Source of the DNA: Ardenticatenia bacterium
GTDB taxonomy: Bacteria; Chloroflexota; Anaerolineae; 4572-78; NAK82
Direction: 5' to 3'
Length of the DNA: 64,000 bases
Assembly: GCA_003130875.1 (NCBI GenBank)
Contig: QEXY01000123.1
Span: forward strand, 16,673-80,672
Every line of letters begins with the position of its first letter. Position 1 is the stretch's first letter. Below, one piece after another: positions 9,342-18,690 of the stretch. Below the pieces are notes generated by a model. That model made no database searches, was not told the DNA's origin, and worked only from the letters and a program-made list of their open reading frames with translations. The position numbers and the translations under genes are program-made.

Positions 9342-11182
9342 ATGCTTGTTGCGCTTGCGTGCACTTTGACAGGCGCCAGGTCACGGAACTGGCGCGCATA
9401 CAACTGGGCGTAGAGACCACCGCGCGCCAACAGTTCGTCGTGACGCCCATGTTCCACGATGCGTCCGGCATCGAGCACATAAATGCGGTCCGCGTTGCGC
9501 ACTGTGCTCAGTCGATGAGCGACCACAAAGCTGGTGCGTCCGCGGAAGAGGATTTCCAGCGCTTGTTGGATGGCACGCTCGGTACGAGTGTCGATGCTGG
9601 CAGTCGCCTCATCGAGGATGAGAATGCGTGGATCAGCCAGTACAGCGCGTGTTAGTGCGATCAGCTGGCGCTGTCCCTGGCTGAGTGTCCCACCTCGCTC
9701 GCCGATCTCAGTCTGATAGCCTGCCGGCAGGCGCATGATAAACTCATGGGCACCGATCAATTGGGCTGCAGCAATCACCTCCTCGTCACTGGCATCCAGC
9801 CGGCCGTAGCGGATGTTGTCAGCTACTGTTCCAGAGAAGAGAAAGCTATCCTGCGGCACGATGCCCAGCTGGCGCCGCAAGCTGGCAACGGTCACCTTGC
9901 GAATGTCCAGTCCGTCGATCAAAATACGCCCGGCGGTGACGTCGTAGAAACGTGCCACCAGGTTGACCAGCGTGGTCTTGCCCGCACCAGTTGCTCCGAC
10001 GATGGCGACCGTCTCGCCTGGACGTGCGATCAGGTTAATGTCGCGCAAGACCGGTTCGCGCTCGCGACCATCCTGGGGTGCGGTATCGTAAGCGAAGTCC
10101 ACATGCTCGAACACCACCTCACCTCGGATGGGTGGCATGGGGACGGCGTCAGGCGCGTCGACCAGCTCGGGTGGCTCGTCGAGCAGGTCAAAAACGCGTT
10201 CACTGGCGGCCAGTGCCGCCTGCAGCAATGCATACACTGTGCTAATCTGCTGTACCGGGTGGAAGAAGAGCTGCACGTAGCGCAGGAACGAGATCACAAT
10301 GCCAACGCTGGTGGCACCCGAGATGACTAACGTGCCGCCCATACCGGTGACAATGGCGACAGCGATAGAACTCAGCACATCCATCGCCGGCGCGAAAGCC
10401 GCGGTGATTCCCACAGCACTGACATTAGCATCGCGGTTGGCGGCATTGATTTCGGCGAAGCGTTGGCGATTGATCTCCTCACGGCCATAGGCTTGTGCCA
10501 CACGCACTGCGGCGATATTCTCCTCCAATTCGGCGCTCACATCGCCAATGGTGGTGCGTGCCTTACGAAAGGCGGAGCGAGCGCGTCGCGCCAACCCATT
10601 GATGATGAGCAACATCGCTGGGATGACCGTGAAGCTCGCCAGTGCCAGTTGCCAGTTGAGCATCAGCATGGCAATCACGATGGCCAGCATCTGCAACAAC
10701 CCGCCCACCATTTGCGCCAGACCGTTGGTGAGCAGCTGGTTCAGCACATCGACGTCGTTGGTGAGGCGGCTCATCAAGTCGCCGGCGTCGTGCCGATCGA
10801 AGTAGCGCAGTCCCAACGTCTGGATCTTGGCGCAAATCTGCTCCCGCATGTGCGCTAGGACGTGTTGTCCTGTCCAGCCCATGACGTACATCTGTCCGCT
10901 CATGCTCCCCATGCCGACCAGGTAAGTGACCAGCAACAGCAACACAATGCGCACCAAGCCAGCGCGGTCACCGGCAGCGATGAACTCGTCGATGGCGCGC
11001 CCGATCAGGTAGGGCGCCAACGAAAAAGTGACCGCGTTGGTTATCACCAGCACACAGGCCAGTACCAACTGTGGCCAATAAGGCGTGAGAAAACGCATCA
11101 GGCGCAGTGCCACCGCGCGCTGGTCAGCCGCGCGTTCTTCTTCGATTTCTACTAATCGTCGAAAGCCACCTCTGGGTCCCAT
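9338..11182 (-). CDS. ABC exporter half-transporter (TMD+NBD) with canonical catalytic Glu/His
   Basis: Six TM helices; GATGAGKTT, LSQGQRQ, ILDEAT, VAHRLS. Confidence 0.95.
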   Translation of the reverse strand: MGPRGGFRRLVEIEEERAADQRAVALRLMRFLTPYWPQLVLACVLVITNAVTFSLAPYLIGRAIDEFIAAGDRAGLVRIVLLLLVTYLVGMGSMSGQMYVMGWTGQHVLAHMREQICAKIQTLGLRYFDRHDAGDLMSRLTNDVDVLNQLLTNGLAQMVGGLLQMLAIVIAMLMLNWQLALASFTVIPAMLLIINGLARRARSAFRKARTTIGDVSAELEENIAAVRVAQAYGREEINRQRFAEINAANRDANVSAVGITAAFAPAMDVLSSIAVAIVTGMGGTLVISGATSVGIVISFLRYVQLFFHPVQQISTVYALLQAALAASERVFDLLDEPPELVDAPDAVPMPPIRGEVVFEHVDFAYDTAPQDGREREPVLRDINLIARPGETVAIVGATGAGKTTLVNLVARFYDVTAGRILIDGLDIRKVTVASLRRQLGIVPQDSFLFSGTVADNIRYGRLDASDEEVIAAAQLIGAHEFIMRLPAGYQTEIGERGGTLSQGQRQLIALTRAVLADPRILILDEATASIDTRTERAIQQALEILFRGRTSFVVAHRLSTVRNADRIYVLDAGRIVEHGRHDELLARGGLYAQLYARQFRDLAPVKVHASATSI

Positions 11183-11199
11183 AGTCCTCTACCTTGACC

Positions 11200-12921
11200 T
11201 CATAGCAGCTGCGAATGCACGATGGCAGCGTAGATCTCGCTTTCCTCAAGCAGTTGCTCATGCGTGCCACGGGCAACCAGCCGCCCCGCGTCGAACACCA
11301 GGATCAGATCGACGGAGCGCACCGTGCTGACGCGCTGCGCGATGACGAAGCTGGTGCGACCACGCATCAGCTGTTCCAGAGCTTGCTGGATCTGGTATTC
11401 GGTCTCGGCATCCACGCTTGAAGTGCTGTCGTCCAGAATCAGAATGCGCGGATTGAGCAAGAGGGCGCGTGCAATGGCGATGCGCTGACGTTGTCCGCCG
11501 CTCAGCCCCATGCCGCGCTCGCCCACAACAGTTTGATAGCCATCCGGCAAAGCTGTGATAAAATCGTGCGCTTGCGCAGCGCGTGCTGCAGCAATCACCT
11601 CCTCATCACTGGAATCTGGCCGACCGTAGGCAATGTTGTCACGGATAGTGCCCGAAAAGAGTACCGTCTCCTGCAAAACGATGCCGATCTGCGAGCGCAG
11701 GCTGCTAAGTGTCACATCGCGCACATCGTAGCCGTCAATGGTCACTCGACCGGCGGTGACGTCGTAGAAACGTGGGATCAGGTTGATGACAGTGCTCTTG
11801 CCTGAGCCGGTGGCACCCAAGATGGCGACTGTCTGTCCGGGTTCAACCACAAAGCTGACATGGCTGAGCGAGTCGTGCTCACTGCCGGCGTAGCGGAAGC
11901 TGACATCTTCAAAGGCGACGCGTCCGCGGATAGGTGGCAGGACAATCGCGCCAGGCCGCTCGGTCACCTCGGGTTGAGCGTCCAGAATTTCGAACACACG
12001 ACGCGCACTGGCAGCGGCGCGTGCCGTCATAGCACCCAACATGCCGACCATCAACAGCGGGAACATCAGGTAGTTGAGATAGGTGATGAAAGCGGCCAAT
12101 TCACCCAAGCTGAGCTGTTTGCTGATCACCATCTCACCACCCATCCACACGATCCCACCAGTGCCCAGGTTGAAGATGAAGAAGAGCAGTGGGAAGCTGC
12201 TGCTGAACAAACGCAATGCACGCACGTTCAGGTTGAGGTATTCCAGATTGGCTGCCCGAAAGCGGTTCAGTTCGAACTCCTCCCGCGTAAATGCCTTGAC
12301 CACGCGGATGCCGGCTAGATTCTCCTGCAGGATGGTATTGAGGCGACCCAGCTTTGCCTGTGCCTGCTCGAACAGCGGACGGATGAAACTGATGAGTCGT
12401 AGCAGCACGGCCAATACGACAGGCACTGTGGCCAGCGTCAACAGCGCCAACTGCCAGTTCATCCACAGCAGCAGTGCAGCACTGCCGAATAGCATGAGGA
12501 GCGCATTGATGAACTGAAACAACCCCATTCCGGTGAACTGACGCACCATCTCGACGTCGCTGGTCAGACGCGTCAACAGCTGGCCAGTCTGGGCGCGATC
12601 GTGGTAGCTGAAGCTGAGTCGCTGGATCTGGTCGTATAACATATTGCGCACATCAAAAGCGACGTTTTGCGAAGCTTTCTCTGACCAGAAGCCCTGCGCA
12701 AAGTTGAACACACCGCGCATGGCGGCCAAGCCGACCAGCACCAACGCCCCCCACAGTACAGTGGAGAGATGGCCGCCCTGGATGCCATCATCAATGATAC
12801 GGCGAATGATCTGCGGCAGTGCCAGGTTGGCTGCTGTGACCATCAGGAGACTGAACGCGGCGCCCGTTGCCGTCGTCCAATAGGGGCGTAAGAAGGAAAG
12901 TGCACGCCATAGAATGTTCAT
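11200..12921 (-). CDS. ABC exporter half-transporter with degenerate catalytic residues (TM287/288-like heterodimer partner)
   Basis: GATGSGKST, LSGGQRQ, ILDDSTS (E->D), IAQR (H->Q); start taken at MNILW. Confidence 0.93.
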   Translation of the reverse strand: MNILWRALSFLRPYWTTATGAAFSLLMVTAANLALPQIIRRIIDDGIQGGHLSTVLWGALVLVGLAAMRGVFNFAQGFWSEKASQNVAFDVRNMLYDQIQRLSFSYHDRAQTGQLLTRLTSDVEMVRQFTGMGLFQFINALLMLFGSAALLLWMNWQLALLTLATVPVVLAVLLRLISFIRPLFEQAQAKLGRLNTILQENLAGIRVVKAFTREEFELNRFRAANLEYLNLNVRALRLFSSSFPLLFFIFNLGTGGIVWMGGEMVISKQLSLGELAAFITYLNYLMFPLLMVGMLGAMTARAAASARRVFEILDAQPEVTERPGAIVLPPIRGRVAFEDVSFRYAGSEHDSLSHVSFVVEPGQTVAILGATGSGKSTVINLIPRFYDVTAGRVTIDGYDVRDVTLSSLRSQIGIVLQETVLFSGTIRDNIAYGRPDSSDEEVIAAARAAQAHDFITALPDGYQTVVGERGMGLSGGQRQRIAIARALLLNPRILILDDSTSSVDAETEYQIQQALEQLMRGRTSFVIAQRVSTVRSVDLILVFDAGRLVARGTHEQLLEESEIYAAIVHSQLL

Positions 12922-13121
12922 TGTGATGGTACTCCAGATGCCAGCCACGTGCTCTGAAGAGAACTGAAGTGGTGCAAGTATTGCCGGCAACTTTGTTCCT
13001 TTCCGGATATTATAGCCCCCCGCAGCAGACATCTCAACCTTGGTGCGTGTGGGACGAATTTTCCGAAGAACATCTTTCTCTCGTTACTTTCCAATGATGT
13101 ATAATGAGCAACTGTTAACCT

Positions 13122-16055
13122 GTGGTTTATCGTTTGCTGGAAAGGTATCAGCCCGTGGCCCATGTTTACGTCGCTCTGGATCTGGAAACCACTGGCCTCA
13201 GTGTAGAACGCGATGCGATTATCGAGATTGGCGCGGTCAAGTTTCGCGGCAGACAAGTGCTGGGAGAATTCTCGAGCTTGATCAACCCCGGCTGTCGAAT
13301 TCCTTACCTAGTTCAAGAATTGACCGGCATTCGCGATGAGATGTTGCGTGACCAGCCCTCGATTATGGAGGTTTTGCCGCGTCTGGAACGTTTCATCGGC
13401 ACTTGTCCGGTCGTTGGTCATAATATCAGCTTCGACTTGGCGTTTCTCAACCGCTATGGGGTGCTGCGCGACAATCCTTCCATTGATACTTTCGAACTGG
13501 CCAGCATCCTATTACCCCACGCCGGGCGTTACAGCCTGGAAAAACTGGCACAATCTTTGGGTATCGCACTGGAAGCACATCATCGTGCCCTAGATGATGC
13601 ACGTGCAGCGCACTGCCTTTTTGTTGCATTGCTCGACCAAGCGCACCGCCTGGATCCCTCCATCATTCGCGGGGTGAGCCGTGTGGCGGAGCGCTCAAAT
13701 TGGTCACTGCGGCCTGTCTTTGTCGATCTCGAGCAGATACGACCACGCACGACTTTCAGCACCAGTCTGGGACAACAGTTGGCGGCGAAGGGGATGCTTT
13801 CGGGTGGCGGAGGAAGGAGTTTGCTGTCTTTATCACGCGGCATTGTTGAACGCGAAGAGCCTCTCCAATCGGCTGAGACAATCCGCCCTCTCGATGTAGA
13901 AGCGTTGGTGACATTGCTCGACCGGGACGGTTTGTTCGCCCGTCGGCTGTCCCATTACGAATACCGGCCGGAGCAGATCGCGATGCTGCGTCGGGTGACG
14001 GAAGCTTTCAATCGTGGCGAGGCAGTGATGATCGAGGCAGGAACTGGTCTGGGCAAGTCGCTAGCCTATCTACTCCCAGCTGTGCACTGGGCGGCTCAAA
14101 ACGGCCAGCGCGTTGTGATCGCCACTCACACGATCAATTTGCAGGATCAGCTGCTCAACAAAGACATCCCGGAGTTGCAGCGCATTCTGCCATTCGAGTT
14201 TAAGGCGGTTGCGTTGAAAGGGCGTAATAATTACGTCTGTCCACGGCGGGTGCGCCAGATGCGTGCCGAACTGGAGACACGCCAGGCCAGTTTGCCCGGC
14301 GTTTCATCTCCCGGTACCGACGAGGTAGCGCTGCGTGTGTTGGCACGTGTGCTGGTGTGGATGGAAACCACCCTCACAGGTGACAAGCAGGAGCTCTTCC
14401 TGCCCACTCCCGAAGAGAACGTGATTTGGAGCTATATCTGCAGCGACGCAGAACTCTGCACGCCAGAACAGTGTCGTCGGGAGAATTGCTTTTTCCAGCG
14501 CGCGCGTCGCGCAGCCGAGAGTGCCCACATCGTGGTGGTCAACCACGCATTGCTGTTCGCGGATGTAGCAACCGATAACCGTGTGCTACCGGAATATCAC
14601 TATCTCATCATCGATGAAGCACACCACCTTGAGGACAGTGTCACCGGTCAGATGAGCTTTCACGTCGGTCTTGCCGCGCTGAAGCGCCTGTTGGACGAGA
14701 TCAGCGAGCCGACAGGGCCACAGCGCTACAATGGCTTCCTGGCGAGGCTCATCCCACGTGTGCGTCAGGATCTGCCGGCAGGAGAAATCAATGCGCTGCA
14801 AGAGCACGTCGCACTATGTCACGATTCAGTGGCTCATGTGCGCGGCGCAGCTCATACCCTTTTCGACACCTTGAAAACCTTCTTAGAACTCCACGGGCCA
14901 GTGAACCATAACACGTCTTACGAGCGACGATTGCGGCTGACACCTGCTACGCGCCGTCAGCCAGCTTGGGACAGGGTAGAAGGGGCATGGGGAGGGCTGA
15001 ACGACTGTCTGGATCGATTGATCGGGTATTTGGACAACGTGACCCAGTTGATTTCACGCTGGGATGACCAGGTAGGATTGCGCGCTGGAGAGGAACTCCA
15101 GCGGGAACTGATTAGCTATCGCACGCGCGTGGACGTTTTCCGCGCTCAATTGCGCACCATTTTGGAAGAAGAGGCAATGCGCGATAGCCATCGTGCATAT
15201 GTGACCTGGCTGGAGCTCTCCAACCAGGAACAGACACCCACGTTGCATGCAGCGCCGTTGCACGTGGGACATCTGGTGCGCCGCCATCTGTTTGAAGCAA
15301 ACAAGACCGTTATCCTGACCTCGGCGACGTTGCGCACTGGCGAGAGCTTCGAGTATCTACGTGAGCGACTGGGGGCTGAAGATGTCAGCGGGATAGCATT
15401 GGCCTCGCCGTTTGATTATCGCACTTCCACGCTGCTCTATTTACCCACCGACATACCCGAGCCGGGGCAGCCGGGATATCAGCGCAAGTTGGAGACAGCA
15501 CTGCTCAGCCTGGTACGAGCCACCCGTGGTCGCACGCTGGTGCTATTCACTTCTCACAGTCAGCTACGCCACACGGCTAATGCTTTGCGCGAAGCGCTGG
15601 GACAGGATGAGATCGTGTTGCTGGAACAAGGTGCCGGTTCACGTGTCCATTTGTTAGAGCGTTTCAAAACCACCGAACGTTGTGTTCTGTTTGGCACGCG
15701 TAGCTTTTGGGAGGGCATTGATGTGGCCGGCGAACGTTTGAGCTGTGTCGTCATTACCCGACTACCGTTTGACGTGCCCGACGATCCGATCTTCGTAGCA
15801 CGCAGTGAGGCCTACGCGGATCCTTTCTATGGGTTTTCCCTGCCGAACGCCATCTTGCGCTTTCGCCAGGGGTTCGGGCGGTTGATCCGCTCACGCCGCG
15901 ATCGCGGGGTTGTCGTGTGCATGGACCGACGGCTCCTCACCAAGGCATACGGCCAGGAGTTTCTGCGCTCCCTGCCAGATTGCACCCGCCAACAAGGTCC
16001 TCTGGCGATGTTGCCCACCTTGGCGGCACGGTGGATTGATGGGGAAACGATATGA
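13122..16055 (+). CDS. dinG: DnaQ-like 3'-5' exonuclease / DinG helicase fusion
   Basis: DLETTG, GHNISFD, HRALDD (DEDDh); AGTGLGKS, DEAH, QGFGRLIR; Cys cluster compatible with an Fe-S site; exact start uncertain. Confidence 0.93.
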   Translation: MVYRLLERYQPVAHVYVALDLETTGLSVERDAIIEIGAVKFRGRQVLGEFSSLINPGCRIPYLVQELTGIRDEMLRDQPSIMEVLPRLERFIGTCPVVGHNISFDLAFLNRYGVLRDNPSIDTFELASILLPHAGRYSLEKLAQSLGIALEAHHRALDDARAAHCLFVALLDQAHRLDPSIIRGVSRVAERSNWSLRPVFVDLEQIRPRTTFSTSLGQQLAAKGMLSGGGGRSLLSLSRGIVEREEPLQSAETIRPLDVEALVTLLDRDGLFARRLSHYEYRPEQIAMLRRVTEAFNRGEAVMIEAGTGLGKSLAYLLPAVHWAAQNGQRVVIATHTINLQDQLLNKDIPELQRILPFEFKAVALKGRNNYVCPRRVRQMRAELETRQASLPGVSSPGTDEVALRVLARVLVWMETTLTGDKQELFLPTPEENVIWSYICSDAELCTPEQCRRENCFFQRARRAAESAHIVVVNHALLFADVATDNRVLPEYHYLIIDEAHHLEDSVTGQMSFHVGLAALKRLLDEISEPTGPQRYNGFLARLIPRVRQDLPAGEINALQEHVALCHDSVAHVRGAAHTLFDTLKTFLELHGPVNHNTSYERRLRLTPATRRQPAWDRVEGAWGGLNDCLDRLIGYLDNVTQLISRWDDQVGLRAGEELQRELISYRTRVDVFRAQLRTILEEEAMRDSHRAYVTWLELSNQEQTPTLHAAPLHVGHLVRRHLFEANKTVILTSATLRTGESFEYLRERLGAEDVSGIALASPFDYRTSTLLYLPTDIPEPGQPGYQRKLETALLSLVRATRGRTLVLFTSHSQLRHTANALREALGQDEIVLLEQGAGSRVHLLERFKTTERCVLFGTRSFWEGIDVAGERLSCVVITRLPFDVPDDPIFVARSEAYADPFYGFSLPNAILRFRQGFGRLIRSRRDRGVVVCMDRRLLTKAYGQEFLRSLPDCTRQQGPLAMLPTLAARWIDGETI

Positions 16056-16204
16056 AACGGATTGAGGGTGAATCCCCGCAATCCGTCCAAGAGGATGGGA
16101 TGCTGCACAGGGCTTATGCATCAAGGTGCTCGAAATGCTTGTCAGATCGCTCCCTCTGGGATATGATGATCCCCGGATCGAGCACGGGAGAGAGGTGATT
16201 ACCT

Positions 16205-17377
16205 ATGCAATCATTTTTGTCTAGGTACAGCAATCTGTATGGAATTGTGACGGTGTTGTTTTTGGCGGTTTTCCTATGGGCGGGTTGCACAGGCGAGGCG
16301 ACCCAGCCGACCAGAGGGGATGTGTATGTCTATGTCGCCGTGCCCTTGAGCGGTTTCCAAGCAAATGCCGGACAAACGGTATTAGGTGGCGTGCGCTTGA
16401 TCGCAGCCGAAATCAATGCCCGCGGGGGACTGATGGGTTATCGCGTGGTAGTGGAAGGGTTGGACGATGAGAGCGATAGCGAGATGGCTACAACAGTGGC
16501 GCAACGCGTGGCAGATGACGTGGCGGCCGGCAAGCCCGTCCTCGGCGTCGTTGGTCATCTCAACAGCGGGCAGACCCTCGCGGCCATGGAAATTTATAAA
16601 GACTTGCCTTTTGTGGTGATCACACCCACTGCCAGTGAGGTGAGCTTGACGCAGAAAGGTTATCGCAACTTCTTCCGCGTCAACGCAAATGACGCCGTGC
16701 AGGCAAAAGTCGATGCCGAGTTCCTGCGTCAAACGCTGCAAGCAAAACGGGTCGCAGTGTTACACAACGATGATCCTTACGGTATTGGATTAGCCGCAGC
16801 CATCATTGATCATCTGAAAGCAAGTGGCGGCGAGGTCGTCCTCCGCGTCCAGGTACAGGTGGAGCAACGGGACTACACAGCTGAAGTGTCCCAGATTGCA
16901 CAAGCTAAGCCAGATGCAATCTTCTATGCCGGTTATGAGGTCGAATGCCCTTATCTGCGCTATGCTCTGGTGCGCGCCGGGATCGATGTACCATTTCTCG
17001 CTTCAGATGGGTGTTTTCTGGCTGCCACGATCGACGAATCCGATGGCACGGCTGAGGGCATCTACGTCAGCGCTTTCGGGCCCAGCCCGTGGACTGCTGC
17101 CAGCTCTGAGTGGATTGCTGCCTATCAAGCGATTGAGTATCGCAACCCCGATACCTATAGTTTGAATGGATACGTGGCAGGCCAGGTGCTATTGGAAGGT
17201 GCAGCCCAAGCGGGGAGCTTGAAAGGCGCCGATGTGGCGCAGGCAATCCGTCAACTGGAATTCTCCTCTTTACTTGGACCCATAAGCTATGATACCAATG
17301 GCGACTTGCGCGCTCCTACTATTTATATCTTCCAGGTGCGTGAGGGTCGCTTTGTCCAAGTGTACCCAGAGAGTTAG
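16205..17377 (+). CDS. Branched-chain amino acid ABC substrate-binding lipoprotein (LivK/LivJ-like), with no adjacent permease genes
   Basis: Lipobox-like WAGC; INARGG, VVGHLNSG, FFRV, DPYGIGL. Confidence 0.88.
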   Translation: MQSFLSRYSNLYGIVTVLFLAVFLWAGCTGEATQPTRGDVYVYVAVPLSGFQANAGQTVLGGVRLIAAEINARGGLMGYRVVVEGLDDESDSEMATTVAQRVADDVAAGKPVLGVVGHLNSGQTLAAMEIYKDLPFVVITPTASEVSLTQKGYRNFFRVNANDAVQAKVDAEFLRQTLQAKRVAVLHNDDPYGIGLAAAIIDHLKASGGEVVLRVQVQVEQRDYTAEVSQIAQAKPDAIFYAGYEVECPYLRYALVRAGIDVPFLASDGCFLAATIDESDGTAEGIYVSAFGPSPWTAASSEWIAAYQAIEYRNPDTYSLNGYVAGQVLLEGAAQAGSLKGADVAQAIRQLEFSSLLGPISYDTNGDLRAPTIYIFQVREGRFVQVYPES

Positions 17378-17430
17378 CCAGAGCAGCCTCGAGATACCTC
17401 GCAATAGAGCGATAACGGGGGCAAGGAAAA

Positions 17431-18243
17431 TTGGCACGCTACACTCTGATGGCAGTTTATGCGCATCCAGATGACGAAGCATTTGGCAGTGGCGGTACAC
17501 TGGCTAAATACGCCGCGCAGGGCTGCGATGTGTACGTAGTGACTGCCACGCGGGGTGAGGCAGGAAATATCGCCACGCCGGAATTGGCGACGCCAGCCAA
17601 CCTGCCGGATGTGCGCGAACAAGAACTACGCTGTGCATGCCGCATTTACGGTGCCCATCCTCCCATCTTCATGGGGTATCAGGACGGACAGCTCACCATC
17701 GTGCATCAAGGGCAGGCCGTGGCACGCTTAGTGCGCATCATTCGCGAGTTGCGTCCGGATGTCATCATCACGTTCGGGCCGGATGGCATTTATGGACATT
17801 ATGACCATATCGCTGTCCATCGCTGGACGAGCATCGCCTTTGACTTGGCTGCCGATCCCGATTGTTTCCCTGATCTGCTGCAGGGCGCCTGTCAGCCCCA
17901 TCAAGTGCGCAAACTCTACTTTCGCGCTCTGACAGAGTCGCAACTCGCCGGGATGGTCAGCAATGGGATGTCGTCAACTGTGATGATGGATGGAGTGCCG
18001 TTTCCTTTCACTGCATATCGTGAAGATGAAATAACCACTGTGATCGATGTGAGTGAGTGGCTGCAAGTGAAGCTGGCCGGTATCCGTTGCCACGCCACCC
18101 AGTTGGGGCATGACAACCCCTTCGTCACGATGCCGGAAGAGATCATGTACCAGCGCTGGTTGTGCACGGAAAGCTATATTCTGGCGCGTTCCACTGTCGG
18201 CTGGCCTCAAGGTATCGAGACCGACCTGTTCGAACGCTTGTGA
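17431..18243 (+). CDS. PIG-L/LmbE family deacetylase (MshB/BshB/Mca-like)
   Basis: AHPDDE, TRGEAG, GIYGHYDH, CHATQ. Confidence 0.9.
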   Translation: MARYTLMAVYAHPDDEAFGSGGTLAKYAAQGCDVYVVTATRGEAGNIATPELATPANLPDVREQELRCACRIYGAHPPIFMGYQDGQLTIVHQGQAVARLVRIIRELRPDVIITFGPDGIYGHYDHIAVHRWTSIAFDLAADPDCFPDLLQGACQPHQVRKLYFRALTESQLAGMVSNGMSSTVMMDGVPFPFTAYREDEITTVIDVSEWLQVKLAGIRCHATQLGHDNPFVTMPEEIMYQRWLCTESYILARSTVGWPQGIETDLFERL

Positions 18244-18246
18244 CGC

Positions 18247-18274
18247 TTACGTGTATAATGTTACGTGTATAATG
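18247..18274. repeat. Perfect 14-bp tandem duplication between convergent genes
   Basis: TTACGTGTATAATG x2. Confidence 0.9.
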
Positions 18275-18294
18275 GATGTATCCTGGCAAGAATG

Positions 18295-18651
18295 CTATAA
18301 GGTGATCACCTTATCAGCGCGCCATTGTGCTGTGATGATATCTCCCATACCCCCCACGATACCAACGCGTACCCGTTCGGTCAATCCAAAGTAATTCAAG
18401 CACGTGCTGCACAGGATCACGTGAACCCCCTTCGCCTGCAGCGACTTGAGCTGGGCCAATACGGGTGAGCCATCTACTGCCAGTTTGACCCCATCAGCAT
18501 ACAGGCAAATCGCGGCTGGCAACAAATTGCTCTCGTCCAACAATGTAAGATATTTTTCGATGAGTTGCTGCTGTAAAGCAGGTTCGGCATGTCCCATGCC
18601 GTTACGCGTGATCAGGATCACAGTAGACTGGCCAGTCTGCTTTTCCTCCAT
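18295..18651 (-). CDS. DsrE/YedF-like sulfur relay protein
   Basis: GVKLA, CSTCLNYFG, VGIVGGMGDI, ADKVITL. Confidence 0.8.
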   Translation of the reverse strand: MEEKQTGQSTVILITRNGMGHAEPALQQQLIEKYLTLLDESNLLPAAICLYADGVKLAVDGSPVLAQLKSLQAKGVHVILCSTCLNYFGLTERVRVGIVGGMGDIITAQWRADKVITL

Positions 18652-18690
18652 AGCACATCACCGTCTCAGAAAAGTTCCGCGCAACCCGAT

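Noticed and set aside
13122-16055. DinG as part of type IV CRISPR or another defence system
   Set aside because: No cas genes or repeat-spacer array in the window; housekeeping DnaQ-DinG architecture
18295-18651. Selenoprotein or recoding in the YedF-like gene
   Set aside because: CxxC is encoded by Cys codons; no in-frame TGA
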